A stretch of DNA of 64,000 nucleotides from the human T2T-CHM13v2.0 reference genome, Homo sapiens. Positions within the stretch are counted from its first letter, which is position 1. Every line of letters begins with the position of its first letter. Made by a program: the position numbers and the translations under genes. The DNA is taken from NCBI RefSeq assembly GCF_009914755.1, contig NC_060942.1; one strand, given 5' to 3'. The notes beneath the pieces were generated by a model. It did no database searches, was not told the origin of the DNA, and was given only the letters and a program-made list of their open reading frames with translations. Below, one piece after another: positions 42,095-54,957 of the stretch.

Positions 42095-42892
42095 TTACCA
42101 AAACAGTTAACAACCGCCTGACCATCAGCTGATTGTTGCCCAACACTGCTGGTGTGTGTTGGGAGTGGGGCTTCTCTCTCTTGCCCTGCTCATACATGAC
42201 TAGCTACCTGCTGTAACATTTCTCACCTCAAGAGTCCAGGACCTCAAATCTTTGGATGAAGGTCTGTCATCCAAAATGGATGACTTCTGTTTTCTGTAAC
42301 TGCTTCCTGCTGACAGAGGGGTGGTCGTGGTCGGGTGGATCTTGGCTCCTTGCTACCCGTCAGGGCTGAGTTGGCTGCATCAGTTGGTGAAAGTGGTATC
42401 CAGCCAGGTCCAAGGGAGACAGGGGCAGGATTTCACCACTGTCTTGTCCCACTGATGGGAAGTGCAGAGGTCCTCTCTAGAAGGGTGACTCTTGAATATT
42501 GAGAGGATGGTTTTCCTCACTGAGGATTGTCTGGAGCTCAATGGCCACTAGGAAGGTATCTGAGTCATGTGGACCAAATATGTTAGCAGTGGCAGATATC
42601 CGAGTTACGCAAGTTACCGGCAGCGAATCCATATGGGTCCACAGCAACCTCAGTCCTTGTCTCTTCAGAAGAAAGAATTCTACTGAGGGGCATAAGGCAG
42701 AAGGAGAGACCTAGGCAAGTTGCAAAGCAGAAGTGAGCATGTATTAAAAAGCTTTAGAACAGTAAGGAAAGGAAGAAAAGAAAAGAAGGAAAGTTCAACT
42801 TGGAAGAGGGCCAAGCCGGCAACTTGGCAGAAGGATTGCTTGAGCCCAGGAGTTAAGACCAGTCTGGGCAATATAGTGAGACTCCATCTCTG

Positions 42893-42922
42893 CATACATA
42901 CATACATACATACATACATACA

Positions 42923-42952
<30 letters not shown>
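42893..42952. repeat. (CATA)15 microsatellite in the Alu middle linker
   Basis: Directly visible. Confidence 0.97.
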
Positions 42953-42953
<1 letters not shown>

Positions 42954-43650
42954 TGCAGGGTATGATGGCACACGCCTGTAGTCCTAGCTACTCTGGAGGT
43001 TGAGATGGGAGGGTCACTGAGCCTGGGAAGTTGAGGCTGCAGTGAGCCATGATCACACCACTGCACTGTAGCCTGGGCTAAACAGTAAGACCCTGTCTTA
43101 AAAAAATATTTTTTTAAAGTCTAGTTATTTTGAATCTCGCTTTTTCAGCTGTGCTCCTTGAAGTGGCATTACCTCTTCTTTACGAAAAGGAGAATATCGT
43201 CAGCCAACTGTCATCACTGATTTTGCCAAATCAAAGTAAAAGTCTGGCAATGTGGGAATATATCATTGTCAAGTAAACTGCAGGTAGCACTGAGGAATAC
43301 AAATATATCTTTAGAATTTTCAAATATTTTTTAGGTGAAGCTGAGATCAATATGAATTAAATTTAGCAGACTACATTCAGAAAACAAAAGCAGAAAACTT
43401 TCATATATTTAAAGTTTAAGAGATTAAGATTCATTAATAAGCAGCACATGTACTCAAAGTTTTTTAAATGCATGGCGTGGTAACAAATTCATTCTATAGT
43501 AAGACACCTATAACTTCAGTTGTCTGTCAGCCTCAAAGCTTTGACTTAGCTCAGTTTTGCTGTATTCATTTCTCTCATCCATTGCTAGATACACACGTAA
43601 AGATTGACATAGCAGGACAGAGATCCTGCATCTACCTTCATCTTTGGAGA

Positions 43651-44489
43651 ATGTCTAATGGTGATTAAAAGTCAAGGTGAGAGCCTTAAAGTAAGAAAAA
43701 GTCAGTAATCTGATTTCCTTGTTTTTTGTTTTCTTTTTCTTTCTTTTTACCCTTTCCTGTGCTCCCCTCCTCAATTGGAGAATAAGAATCTCCAATACAA
43801 TCTGCCTCATCTTTCCATGCTACGCCCAGAAGGGTGCTCTCAAAGAATAAGTTAATGTGATTTCCCCATTGTATTCTAGTAGTCTGGAATCAAAAGAGTG
43901 AAAAAGGGAATAATTAGCTTCTAACAAGCACATGTTGTACTAAGTACTTGGCAGCCACTGTTTAAAAATCTCTGTCCGTAAGTGGTTTGTAGCAGGTTGA
44001 GTTATGCCACCTCTTCTTGCAGAAGTGGCAAACAGACATTACTTTTCTTTTTTGCCAGAGTATCATAAGGATAGTTGATTTGTATTTGAAAGTAATTTCT
44101 TATTTATACTTCTCTAACTTCCTCTGTGCTTATGAAAAATGTTTATATCACGCTCATACTAGAGATGTTGTCTCTAGACTGAGGGAAACCTAAACCGTAA
44201 AGGGATGAACATGATTTTAAACTCGCAACTCTGAAGTGAATACATACTATTTGTTTTAATATTCATACAATTGTATTTCCAAGGCGTTGGGAAATGTAGT
44301 AGTAATGTTTTGAAAGCCCTGAGGAACAATCATTTAAAAAAGAGAAAGAAAGAAATACAGAGAAGTTGAGGAGGGGAGCACAGGAAAGGGTAAAAAGAAA
44401 GAAAAAGAAAACAAAAAACAAGGAAATCAGATTACTGAGTTTTTCTTACTTTAGGGCTCTCACCTTGACTTTTAATCACCATTAGACAT
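43651..44489. repeat. Inverted repeat: 124-bp arms (43651-43774 and 44366-44489), 122/124 identical, 591-bp spacer
   Basis: Manual alignment of the left arm to the reverse complement of the right arm; mismatches at 43686/44454 and 43701/44439. Confidence 0.97.
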
Positions 44490-45093
44490 ATTTAGATGAC
44501 AGGCTATACAGCAGGGTTTTTAAGTCAGGATTTGTGAAGATGACAAAAGCATTTATTGAAAATGACAAATCAAACCAGTAAAAGCCATTGACGGTACCAG
44601 GTGTACTGCAGGCACTCAGTAAAGCCTATTGAATTCTAAAGTGAATTAGCAATGCATTATAAAGCATACATGGAGATATGTGACATCAGGACCACATCCT
44701 CCTCCATGAGGGTGGACCTGAGAAAAATTCTCTTCTATATCAAGGAATCATGTCTAGTCCCACATGTGAGCCCCATGCTCTTGCGCAAGGTGAGGTGTTT
44801 GTTGGCATTTCTGCTTTTTGCTTTAGGATCATTTTGACTGAGCACAGATACTTGCTACTACTAGTCTTTATTTTCATGAACACAGGAAGGACTGTGAAAT
44901 ACTAGATCTGCCCCTTTAACATGATGGCTCAAAATCCGTCTCTCTACACCTGCTGCCTTCTCTCCGGTTAGTTCACGTTCTTCTTTTATAAACTAATGGT
45001 GAGAACGAGGGCCAAGAATATGAGCTGAACACAGTGCCCAATGAGCAGGTTTATGGGACTGCACGTGATGACTAAACTTTCTCTGATGTATGA

Positions 45094-45471
45094 TGATATG
45101 GTCTGGCTCTGTGTCCCCACCCAAATCTCATCTTGAATTGTAATCTGAATTGTAATCCCCACATGTTGGGGGAGGGACCTCATGGGCGGTCATTAGGTAA
45201 CGGGGGCAGTTCCTCCATGCTCTCCTTGTGATAGTGAGTGAGTTCTCATGAGATCTGATGGTTTTATAAGGAGCTTTTTCCCCTTCATGCTCCAATTCTC
45301 TCTCCTGCCACCACGTGAAGAAGGATGTGTTTGCTTCCCCTTCCGCCGGGATTGTAAGTTTCCTGAGGCCTTCCCAGCCATGCAGAACTGTGAGCCAATT
45401 AAACCTCTTTTCTTTATAAATTACTCAGTTTCAGGTGTTTCATAATAGCAGCATGAGAACAGACTAATACA
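45094..45471 (+). mobile_element. THE1C-like solo LTR
   Basis: tgatatggtctggctctgtgtcccc ... agactaataca with TSD TATGA on both sides. Confidence 0.93.
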
Positions 45472-46454
45472 TATGATAATCCCTTATTTTCACACAAAAT
45501 AACGTGGAATATACTTTGACTCCTTTTTTTTAAACAGCTTGAACAACTACACTCTTTGAATCAAGAATGATTGTATATACCATTTGTAAAGGTCGTAGCT
45601 TTAGGAGTTCTGCTTTCAGTAACACTGATTAATATCCACAGGCCAGCTTTGCCTCTGTATATCCGTAATTAAGCTACAGACCACCAATGTCAGCACGGAC
45701 ACATACCTAATCACCAGAAGGCATTTGACGCTCACGGAAAGGGTGTCTGTGGCTTCATTTTCTCAGAAGGACAGGATGGAAATAGGCAATTAGAATTAGA
45801 GATAACCTTCAGAAAATGGTAAATAGAGTTCTGCCATAGATTAAGGAGGTAAATCAAAGACTTTGTTTCCTCTTTGCTCAGCAATGACCTTCTGTCCTTC
45901 TCTACTGTCCAAACTGCATTGTATATAAATTGCTTCTATTGAGATTTTCTATTTTGTTTTTCAAGTTCAAAGCTAATAAAAGCCTCTGATAGCCAATTTT
46001 AAAAAATATAGAAATTTGCAACAGAAGTAAAATGAAGCCTGATAGCCATTTGGCAACAGCCATTAAAACATGAGCCACTTTCTAGAAGCAACACTTCTGT
46101 CTATTAAACCTTATTTATAAACATTTATTGTATGCCCATACCTTAAGAAAGGTATGTCAAAGGCAGGAAATGTATCCCTGGATGTCAATTTTTAGAGATA
46201 AATGAATTGGTTATTCCCTAAAGCAGACATCATAAAAATGCACAAAACATTCCCACTGTGAAATGATCCTCACATCCTGCAGTCTTAATTAATCACCTGC
46301 TTTTCCGTGCTCCCATAGACATTTGTGTTTAACTTTATTAAATGAATGTGTTTATTTACAAACCTGCTTATTCCACTGGATTATGAGGCAGTAATTTTGT
46401 GAAAGATTTTATCAAACAAATTTTGGGGCTCAATTATCTTGAAGATGTTACCCC

Positions 46455-46665
46455 TAGAGGTTAAAATCTTGAGTTCTGGAGTCAAATATACCGGAGTTTG
46501 AATATTAACTTTACCACTACTGACTGATGTGATTTTTGGGCAATTTACTCAACCTTTCTAAGCTTATTGCTTGATATCTAAAAGAAGATAGTATTATCTC
46601 CCATGATCTCATTAAAAGAGATCATCAACATAAGATGTCAATATTCAATAATTATTAACTATTAT
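46455..46665 (+). mobile_element. MIR
   Basis: ggttaaaatcttgagttctggagtcaaa ... gtgatttttgggcaatttactcaacctttctaagc. Confidence 0.7.
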
Positions 46666-46680
46666 TAATATATTAAAGTA

Positions 46681-47543
46681 CAGTTGACCCTTGAACAACA
46701 TGGGGGTTGAGGTGCCTACCCCACCCCTGCACAGCTAAAACCAGTGTATACAATAGCAAAGACATGAAATCAACCTAGGCGCCCATCAACAGTGGATTGG
46801 ATCAAGAAATTGTGGTACATATACACCATGGAATACTACCCAGCCATAAAAAAGAATGAAATCAGGTCCTTTGTAGCAACATGGATGTAGCTGGAGGCTA
46901 TTAGCCTAAGCAAATTGAACAGAAAACCAAATACCGCACATTCTCACTCATAAGTGGGAGCTAAACATTGGTTACACATGGACATAAGTATGGCCATAGT
47001 AGACACTGAAGAAGGAGGAGGGCAAGGGTTGAAAACTAACTATTGGGTACTATGCTCACCACCCGGGTGATGGGATCAGTCGTAACCATAACCTCAGCAT
47101 CATGCAGTATACCCAGCTAACAACCCTGCACATGTACCCACTGAATCTAAAAGAAAAGTCGAAATTGTTTATTTAAAAAAGAAAATCAATGTACAACTTT
47201 TGACACCCCCAAACTTAACTACTAGTAGTCTGCTGTTGACCAGAAACCTTTCCAATAATATAAATAATCAATTAATGCATATTTGGGTTTACACGTATTA
47301 TATACTGTATTCTTACAATAAAGAAGTAAGCTAGAGAAAAGAAAATGTTATTAAGAAAATCATAAAGAGGAGAATATATATTTAGTATTCATTAAGTGGA
47401 GGTAGATCATTAAATTGAGTAGGTTGAGGAGGAGGAGGAAGAGGAGAGGCTGGTCTTGCTGTCTCAGGAGTGGCAGAGATGGAAGAAAATCCACACATAA
47501 ATGAACCCATGCGGTCCATACTGTGTTGTTTAAGAGTCTGCTG
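46681..47543. mobile_element. Tigger2a (MER28) DNA transposon interrupted by an L1
   Basis: TIRs cagttgacccttgaacaaca ... tgttgtttaagagtctgctg with TA TSDs. Confidence 0.9.
46751..47180 (+). mobile_element. L1 3' end (L1PA16/L1PB-like) nested in Tigger2a
   Basis: L1 3' UTR with TSD aaaaccagtgtata / aaaatcaatgtaca. Confidence 0.88.
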
Positions 47544-47703
47544 TAAACCAAACTCTCACTATGACGTTTCTTTTTTCTGGCAGAGGCAGATAGGCTGTCC
47601 TACTCCTATTTATTCCAGTGTTGACTTGGAAATATTATTACAGAGTTCTTACTGTGCTTGGGGAAATTTGTTTGGTTCTAAGGACTATGAAAATCTGGCT
47701 TTA

Positions 47704-48003
<300 letters not shown>

Positions 48004-49706
48004 AAAATCTAGCTTTAATAAATGGTTTCTAGTTTTTAAGGTTTTAGAAAAACTAAATCTAAGCTTAACTCTCACTCTAAGTTTTTAATACAAGGAAAAA
48101 AAATTCAGTCTGAAGTCTTCATTTAAGTTTTTTCTTCTCATCAGTGAGTATAAACAAGACATGGCACCTTAAACAGATAAACCACCTCTCCCATGCCTTA
48201 TATTGCTCAGTCCAGGTAGCCTAAGGCAAACTAGAGCCTCTTTTCCAACCCAAGGTTTGCAGAACTCATGGAAGGACTGTGTTTAGCTCAGCCCAGTGCA
48301 GAGGAGATGCCCCCACCCAAACATACTCATCCACACCCACCCTACCACTTACCCTCCCACCCCAAATCAGTTCTTACTAATTAGCTTACCCTAACTGCCC
48401 AGAAGCCTTTCAGAGACCTTTCTTCCTCCATGAGGCCCCAGCCTCTTTCCTAATGTGGACTAGCTTTCTCGAGCCAGTTAATACTACACTGATTCTCTCT
48501 CACAGTGCATTCTACTGGCTGGACTAGAGGCGAGCAACAAGATTTACATTACTAATTGAATTCTTCTGCATCACCCAAATTAAAATCCGAAGAGGACTCA
48601 CAGTGCAAAATATACCAAATCAGCCATTTAATCACTTTTTACCAGATATGTACAAGTAATTACTAAAAGATAAAAGATGAAGAGTTTCCAGATGTTACAC
48701 TGGATTAGTATAATCCACCAATGGTTTTATTAAAATGAATTGCTTCACTCTCTTTAATTCAAATTTGGTGGAAATTAAAATCTCTGTTCAGTCTCTATAT
48801 TTTTCTCCATCAAGCTTCCCCTACTGAATTTTTTAAATAAAAGAAGTAACATACTGAGTTCTCTATTAATCAAATTTTGTGGGGAATATATATTAAAGGC
48901 ATGTCAAATAAATTACACATATATATTCGATTTTATTCAGAAGGGAATAAACAGTACATAATATTAGTTCAGGGAAATGTCAATACAACCAGATTAATTA
49001 ATACAGACAAATGTTAATACAGACAGATTTTAACACAAATGGATGCTCAACTGTCTTTGTCATGTATATGTATATACACACACAAACACATATATACACA
49101 GAGAAAGAGAGGAGCATCTGGTTCACCATATATGGCTTCTCATATACTTCCCTCAAACATGTATGTATTAGGCTAAGCTTCACAAATTGTAAACTACAAA
49201 GAAGAACCTAGAGGGAAAAATGTTCAATTACCTTTTTTCTCCTTGGTCTCTATTTCTTGTTTGATTTTTCTTAATCTCATCTCTGTCTCTGGCCCTTCAA
49301 CTAAATGTTCCCCATCCCTAATTATAGGTTCAATACATGTATTTTGAACAAGTTTTCCTTTATTTTCCTCTGCGGGCCAAGCAGAATACGGCAGAGACTT
49401 GATAATGATTGAAAGATAATAAAAGATGAGAAACATCAGGAAATTAACATCCTTAAAATTACACTTGCCAGAGAATAAACTGCAGAGTTGATGTTGATTT
49501 AAGCCTGGATATGTCCTTCACATCTAGCACAGTGGTGGGCAGGTGTGAAGAACCTCTTTGAAAGTTCTAGCACCTGCCAGCTGTCCAACAATTAATAGAC
49601 ACTAATTGGAAATTTGTTGCTTCGAACTTCGAACCACCCAATATTTTGAAACTCAGGAGCATGGTTATATGTTTATATAAGAGGAATTTATGCTAAGATT
49701 TGAAGG

Positions 49707-49762
<56 letters not shown>
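49707..49762. repeat. (GT)n microsatellite, about 28 units
   Basis: Directly visible, with one GC interruption. Confidence 0.97.
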
Positions 49763-49763
<1 letters not shown>

Positions 49764-50929
49764 GAATGCCTGTATTTAATTCAGGAAGAAGAATGTAGTT
49801 TGGGAGTGCTCTTAGAAATTTTTGGTTGCCATTGCTATATTATGTTGGTTTGGTAAGAAGTTTAAAACTTTTGTGTTATTTTTTGTTTTACTATTCATAA
49901 TATTAGAAAGAGGAGTTTGATATGAAACTCTCAGTGACATAGTATGTCATTTATATATATGATTAATGATAAACATTATCAATGTCTTTTACATATATGT
50001 AAAATTATTTTAGTACAAAATTTCTTACTGACAATTACAACTCTAAGACAAAAGCTGCACTTAGTTTTTTATTCATCAGGAAAGTTCATTCTTCCAGATA
50101 AACATGGAAAGTTTCCTCTCTAGTGTATATTTGAAGAATAGCCATTGTCTGTGGCTCTATCATTTCCAGTTTAGGATTCTGTATGTGCTCAAAAAAGATG
50201 TTGTCTAAGAAACATCCTGTGCTTGTATCTGTAACTCTAATATGATGAGTTGAAACTTTTCTTTGAGATTGATTTACCATTTATAAATTTCTTTTTAAAA
50301 TATTTTAAAAATTGTCCAAACTTCTGATAGTATAATTTAGCATTGTTCTTACATTTACCAAAAACCCACATTTTGTGCAAAAACAACAACATAAAAAGCA
50401 AATTATAGAGCATAATCAGTTTTACTGTTTGAGGATGTCTCTACATTAATGTCCCAGCTTCTTTAGAGGCATGTCTAATAAACTGCTGTATATAAAATTA
50501 AAAATCCCAATAATTAATTTCCTAATCTACTACTTATTTCCTGGATCTCAGCACTGAATTCATCCTTCTGAAAGCAGTGAGACACTAAGAGTCAGGAAGC
50601 CAGAGATCTCACCCCAGTTCAGAATTTAACAGCCATTCAATGTTCATTTAACTTTTCCAATCGGTAAGTGGGTGGGAGTGAACCACTTACCAGATTTCAA
50701 ACAGATTGCATGGTCTGAATAGCAAGAGAGGAGGTGTAACATGTTTGAAAATTTTTGTAGGAAGAAGAAGGGTATTTTATTGAGCAACCTTCTATGAACA
50801 AGATATTATGCTAGGTGTTATCACAAATATAATTTCATGTAAACCACAAAAACCCCTGAAAGGGTAGATCGTTAGGAGTGGCGTTTTTATAAATGGAGAG
50901 AGGTGGTGTCATTTTCAGCTTGGCTGATA

Positions 50930-51090
50930 TTTACTCAGCACTTGACAGTTTCATGATATTTAATCTTCCCAACAACTCTCCAAGGTAGGGGCTATTATTG
51001 TCCCCATTTTACAAATAAGAAAACCGTGGCACACAAAGATAAAATAACTTGCCAAAGGACACAGAGTGGGATTATCAACGCAGGCAGTCT
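50930..51090 (-). mobile_element. MIR
   Basis: tttaatcttcccaacaactctccaaggtagggg ctattattgtccccattttacaaataagaaaac ... taacttgccaaagg. Confidence 0.75.
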
Positions 51091-52599
51091 TGATTTGCTA
51101 GCTAGATTGTCACTTGGATAGGAAAGTTACATAACTACCTTGAGGCAACAGAGTTTAAGCAGAGAGAAAGAAAACATGTATAATCTCTACCCTTCTGCCC
51201 AAGGACATTCTCTTTGAACTATAATCAAGGTTTACAAGAATGATTCTTCTGAAAAGCAAGCAACAGCTCTTCTCAAATGTGCTTTAAATGAGACAACCCA
51301 GATGGAAGCCATCTAAGCAATTTGTGTAAAGTCCGTGGTGTCCAAAGATGACTTGTATACAGTTTGGTCACTGCTTTTAAAAATCTCGTATAACAGCCTT
51401 GCTCTTTTTGTGGAACAATTTAAAGCACACCGTATATGTAAATTAATGGGTTTAACTCGTGAGGGTTGCCATTACTTTTCATTATTGCTTTTCCAGCTTT
51501 TTAACTAAGCTTTATAGCACATTCAAATGTGTTCCTCCCTCATTTCAACTTCTTTAGAAGTGTCTTATTTTGGAGATTTCAGAATCACTTTTCCTGTTGC
51601 AAACCCCTTCTATTTCTTACACTTTCCACTCTCCTAAATATTTCCTTTTCTTTTCTTTAGGCATTAATGCTGACATATGGAGCCTCCCTGTTGTTATTCC
51701 CTGTTGTTAGTTCATATGACTTCCATAACAAAAGTGTAAATGTCTTCTTAGACAAGCTTTATTTCCCTTAAACAATTTCTGTACCTTCCATTGAAAAGTA
51801 ACTTTTTAAGTGAAGGCAGTATGATATCTGAAAATCTGATGGAATTCCAAGGTATAAATACATTAAGTTTAACTGAAATTAATAGTCAAATTTATAAATT
51901 GCAAAATAAATATAGCCTAGTTGAGAAAACTCAAGACATGAAGAAATATGTGAATAAAAAGGTAAAAATCATCACTACCATATATTAACATTTTTAAATA
52001 TGGGTATAAATACATAGATAAAAGTATAGGTCAAGATAAAATTCATATATGTATTTATAAAATTAAGATCATACTACATATGCACTTACTTGCTATGTTT
52101 TTGTATTCTGGTAGAATTGAAACAAAGTCTAAGTGGCAATTAAGGGCTGCATAATATTCTACTGCAAACTCTAGTTTATTTAACCATTGCTCTATTGTTT
52201 AGCATGCTGTACCTTATCCTTTGCTTTTTACTATTATAAACAATGTTTCAGTAAGCACATGTGTATATAATACTTTATACATTATACATATTATATGTGT
52301 ATAATGTTTATAATAACATTTCTAGGAGTGGAATTGATTTTTTTTCAATCAGAATTTATGGGGCTGTGTCAGATCCTGGGGATGTATCTCATTTACAGAG
52401 CGCAAAATCACTGTGGTCACCATCTCTATGTACATTAGCATCTTATTTTTTAAAAAGGCACATAGCTAACTACAGCAGATTTATTAATTTGTTCATTTAT
52501 TTATCCATTTACCACCTATGCATTGAATTGCTTTATGTCCTATTTCTAGATAGCTGAAGACAGAGAGATGAAGAAAAGAAATTAGGTATTTTCCATGAA

Positions 52600-54911
52600 A
52601 GTAAATACCAAAAAAATTAAGTGAAGAAAATAATATATGGGATAATTTCAGACCTTGATGAATGTTATAAAGAAAATACATCAAAATGATGACAAAGATA
52701 AAGGAACACTTAGGAATAAATTTAAGGATATGAAAGATTGGTACACTGAAAACATAGAACATTCTAGGCAACACACTGAGACCTCAGTAAAAAAAAAAAA
52801 AAAAAAAATGGCTTTTAGGTGAACACCTTTAGTCCCAGATACTCGGGAGGCTGAGGTGGAGGATCACATGAGCACTGGAGTTCCATACTACAATGAGCTA
52901 TGATTGTGCCATTGCACTCGAGTCTGGGTGACAGAATGAGACTCCATCTCTAAAAAATAAATAAATAAAACAAATATTGAGGAAAGAAAGTAAAATAGAT
53001 ACAAATAAGTGGAAAGACATCTTGTATTCACGAGTTGAAAGAGTTAATATTGTTAACATGTCTATACTACTCTAAAGCATCCATAGAGTCAATGCAATCC
53101 CCAAAAAAATCCCAAGGTATTTTTCACAGGAATGGAAACAATTAGCAAATTCATGTATCACCACAAAAGACCTCAAATAGCCTCAACAATCTTGAGAAAG
53201 AACAGAGCTAAAAGGATCACACTCACTGATTTCAAAGTATATTACAAAGCTCCAATAATTAAAGCAATATGCTTAAAACAATAAAACATAAAGATAGACA
53301 TATAGAGTAATGGAACATAATAGCCCAGAAACAAATCGCAACATTATAAAGCCAACTGATCTTCAGCAAGAGTGCCAAAAATACACAATGGGGAAAGGAT
53401 AGTCTCTTGCTGGGAAAACTGGATATCCACATGCAAAAGAATGAAATTGGACCCCTATCTTACACCATGCACAAAAGTCAACTCAAAATGGTTTAAAGAC
53501 AAAGGTTAAGGCCTGAAACCATAAAACTCCTAGAAGGATAAGCTTCAGGCAGTGGTTCTGGCAATGGTTTCATGAATCTGACACCAAAAGCACAGGTAAC
53601 AAAAGCATAAGTAGGTAAGTGGCATTATATCAAACTAAAAATCAACTGCACAGTAAAGAAAACAATAAACAGAGGAAGCAGTCAACCTGTGGAATGGAAG
53701 AAAATATTTGCAAACTGTATATCTGATAAGGAACTAATTTCTAAAATACATAAGGAACTCCTACAACTCAATAGCAAAAAACACCTACACTAATTTAATT
53801 TTTAAAACAGCAAAGGACTTGAACAAACATTTCTCCAAAGATATACAAATGGCCAATAAGTACATGAAAAGATACTCAGCATCACTGATCAGCAGGGAAA
53901 TGCAAATCAAAATCACAATGAGACATACCTTCACACTTGCTAGGATGGCTAATTATCTAAAAAACAAAAAACAAAGTATTGATGAGGATATGGAGAAACT
54001 GGAACTCTTGTACACCATTGATGGGAATGCAAAATGGTACAGCTGCCATGGAAAACAGTATGAAGATTCCCAAAACAATTAAAAATAGAAATACATAAAA
54101 TCCACAGCTCCACCTACGGGTATTTATCAAAAAAAATATGAAAGTAGGATCTCGAAGCGATATTAGCACTTTCATGTTCATTGCAGTAGTATTCACAATA
54201 GCCAAGATATGGAAACAAATGTTTGTTGATGGATTAATGAAGAAGGAAAATGTGGTATAAACATACAATTGAATATTATTCAGCCTCAAAAAAGATAGAA
54301 ATCCTGCCATATGCTACATCATAGATGAGCCTTGAGGACGTTATGCTAAGTAAAATATGCCATTCACAGAAGGACAAATATTACATAATTCAATTTATGT
54401 GGAGTATATGAAATGGTCAAATTCACAGAAGCAGGGAACAGAATGTGCTTACCAGGAGCTGGAAGAGGGAGAAATGAGGAGTTGCTGTGCAACAGGTATA
54501 AAGTTTCAGTTATGCAAGATGCACACATTTTACAGATCTGTGCTTAGTTAACAGTACTGTGTTGTACACTTAAAAATGTGTTAAGACTCTTGGTGGGAAT
54601 GTAAACTAATACAACCACTATGGAAAACAGTCTGGAGACTCCTTAAAGAACCAAAAATAGAATACCATTTGATCCAGCAATCCTACCATTGGGTACCTAC
54701 CCAGAGGAAAAGAAGTCATTATACAAAAAAAAGATACTTGCACATGTATGTTTATAGCAGCACAATTTATAATTGAATGTGGAACTAACACAAATGCCCA
54801 TCAGTCAATGAGTGGATAAAGAATTTGTGAGATATATATATATAGATATATATATATGAGATAGATTTATATAGATATATATATGAGATAGATTTATATA
54901 GATATATATAT

Positions 54912-54957
<46 letters not shown>

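Larger units (their letters stand above)
41041..42825 (-). pseudogene. Processed (spliced, polyadenylated) retrocopy of an ERV-FRD/MER50-MER83-type RNA
   Basis: Minus-strand order: R-U5 (42825-42581), His-like PBS (42576-42558), env C-terminus AIELQTILSEENHPLNIQESPF* (42545-42477), PPT (about 42230-42219), U3-R (42218-41055, TATAAAA at 41251-41245, AATAAA at 41081-41076), polyA (41054-41041). Confidence 0.8.
40996..43106 (+). mobile_element. AluJ split in two (40996-41040 and 42826-43106) by an ERV-derived insert
   Basis: Left piece ends cccagcactttgagag and right piece resumes ggcagaaggattgcttgagcccagg. A shared TSD aagcctagttat / aagtctagttat flanks the whole. Confidence 0.9.
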
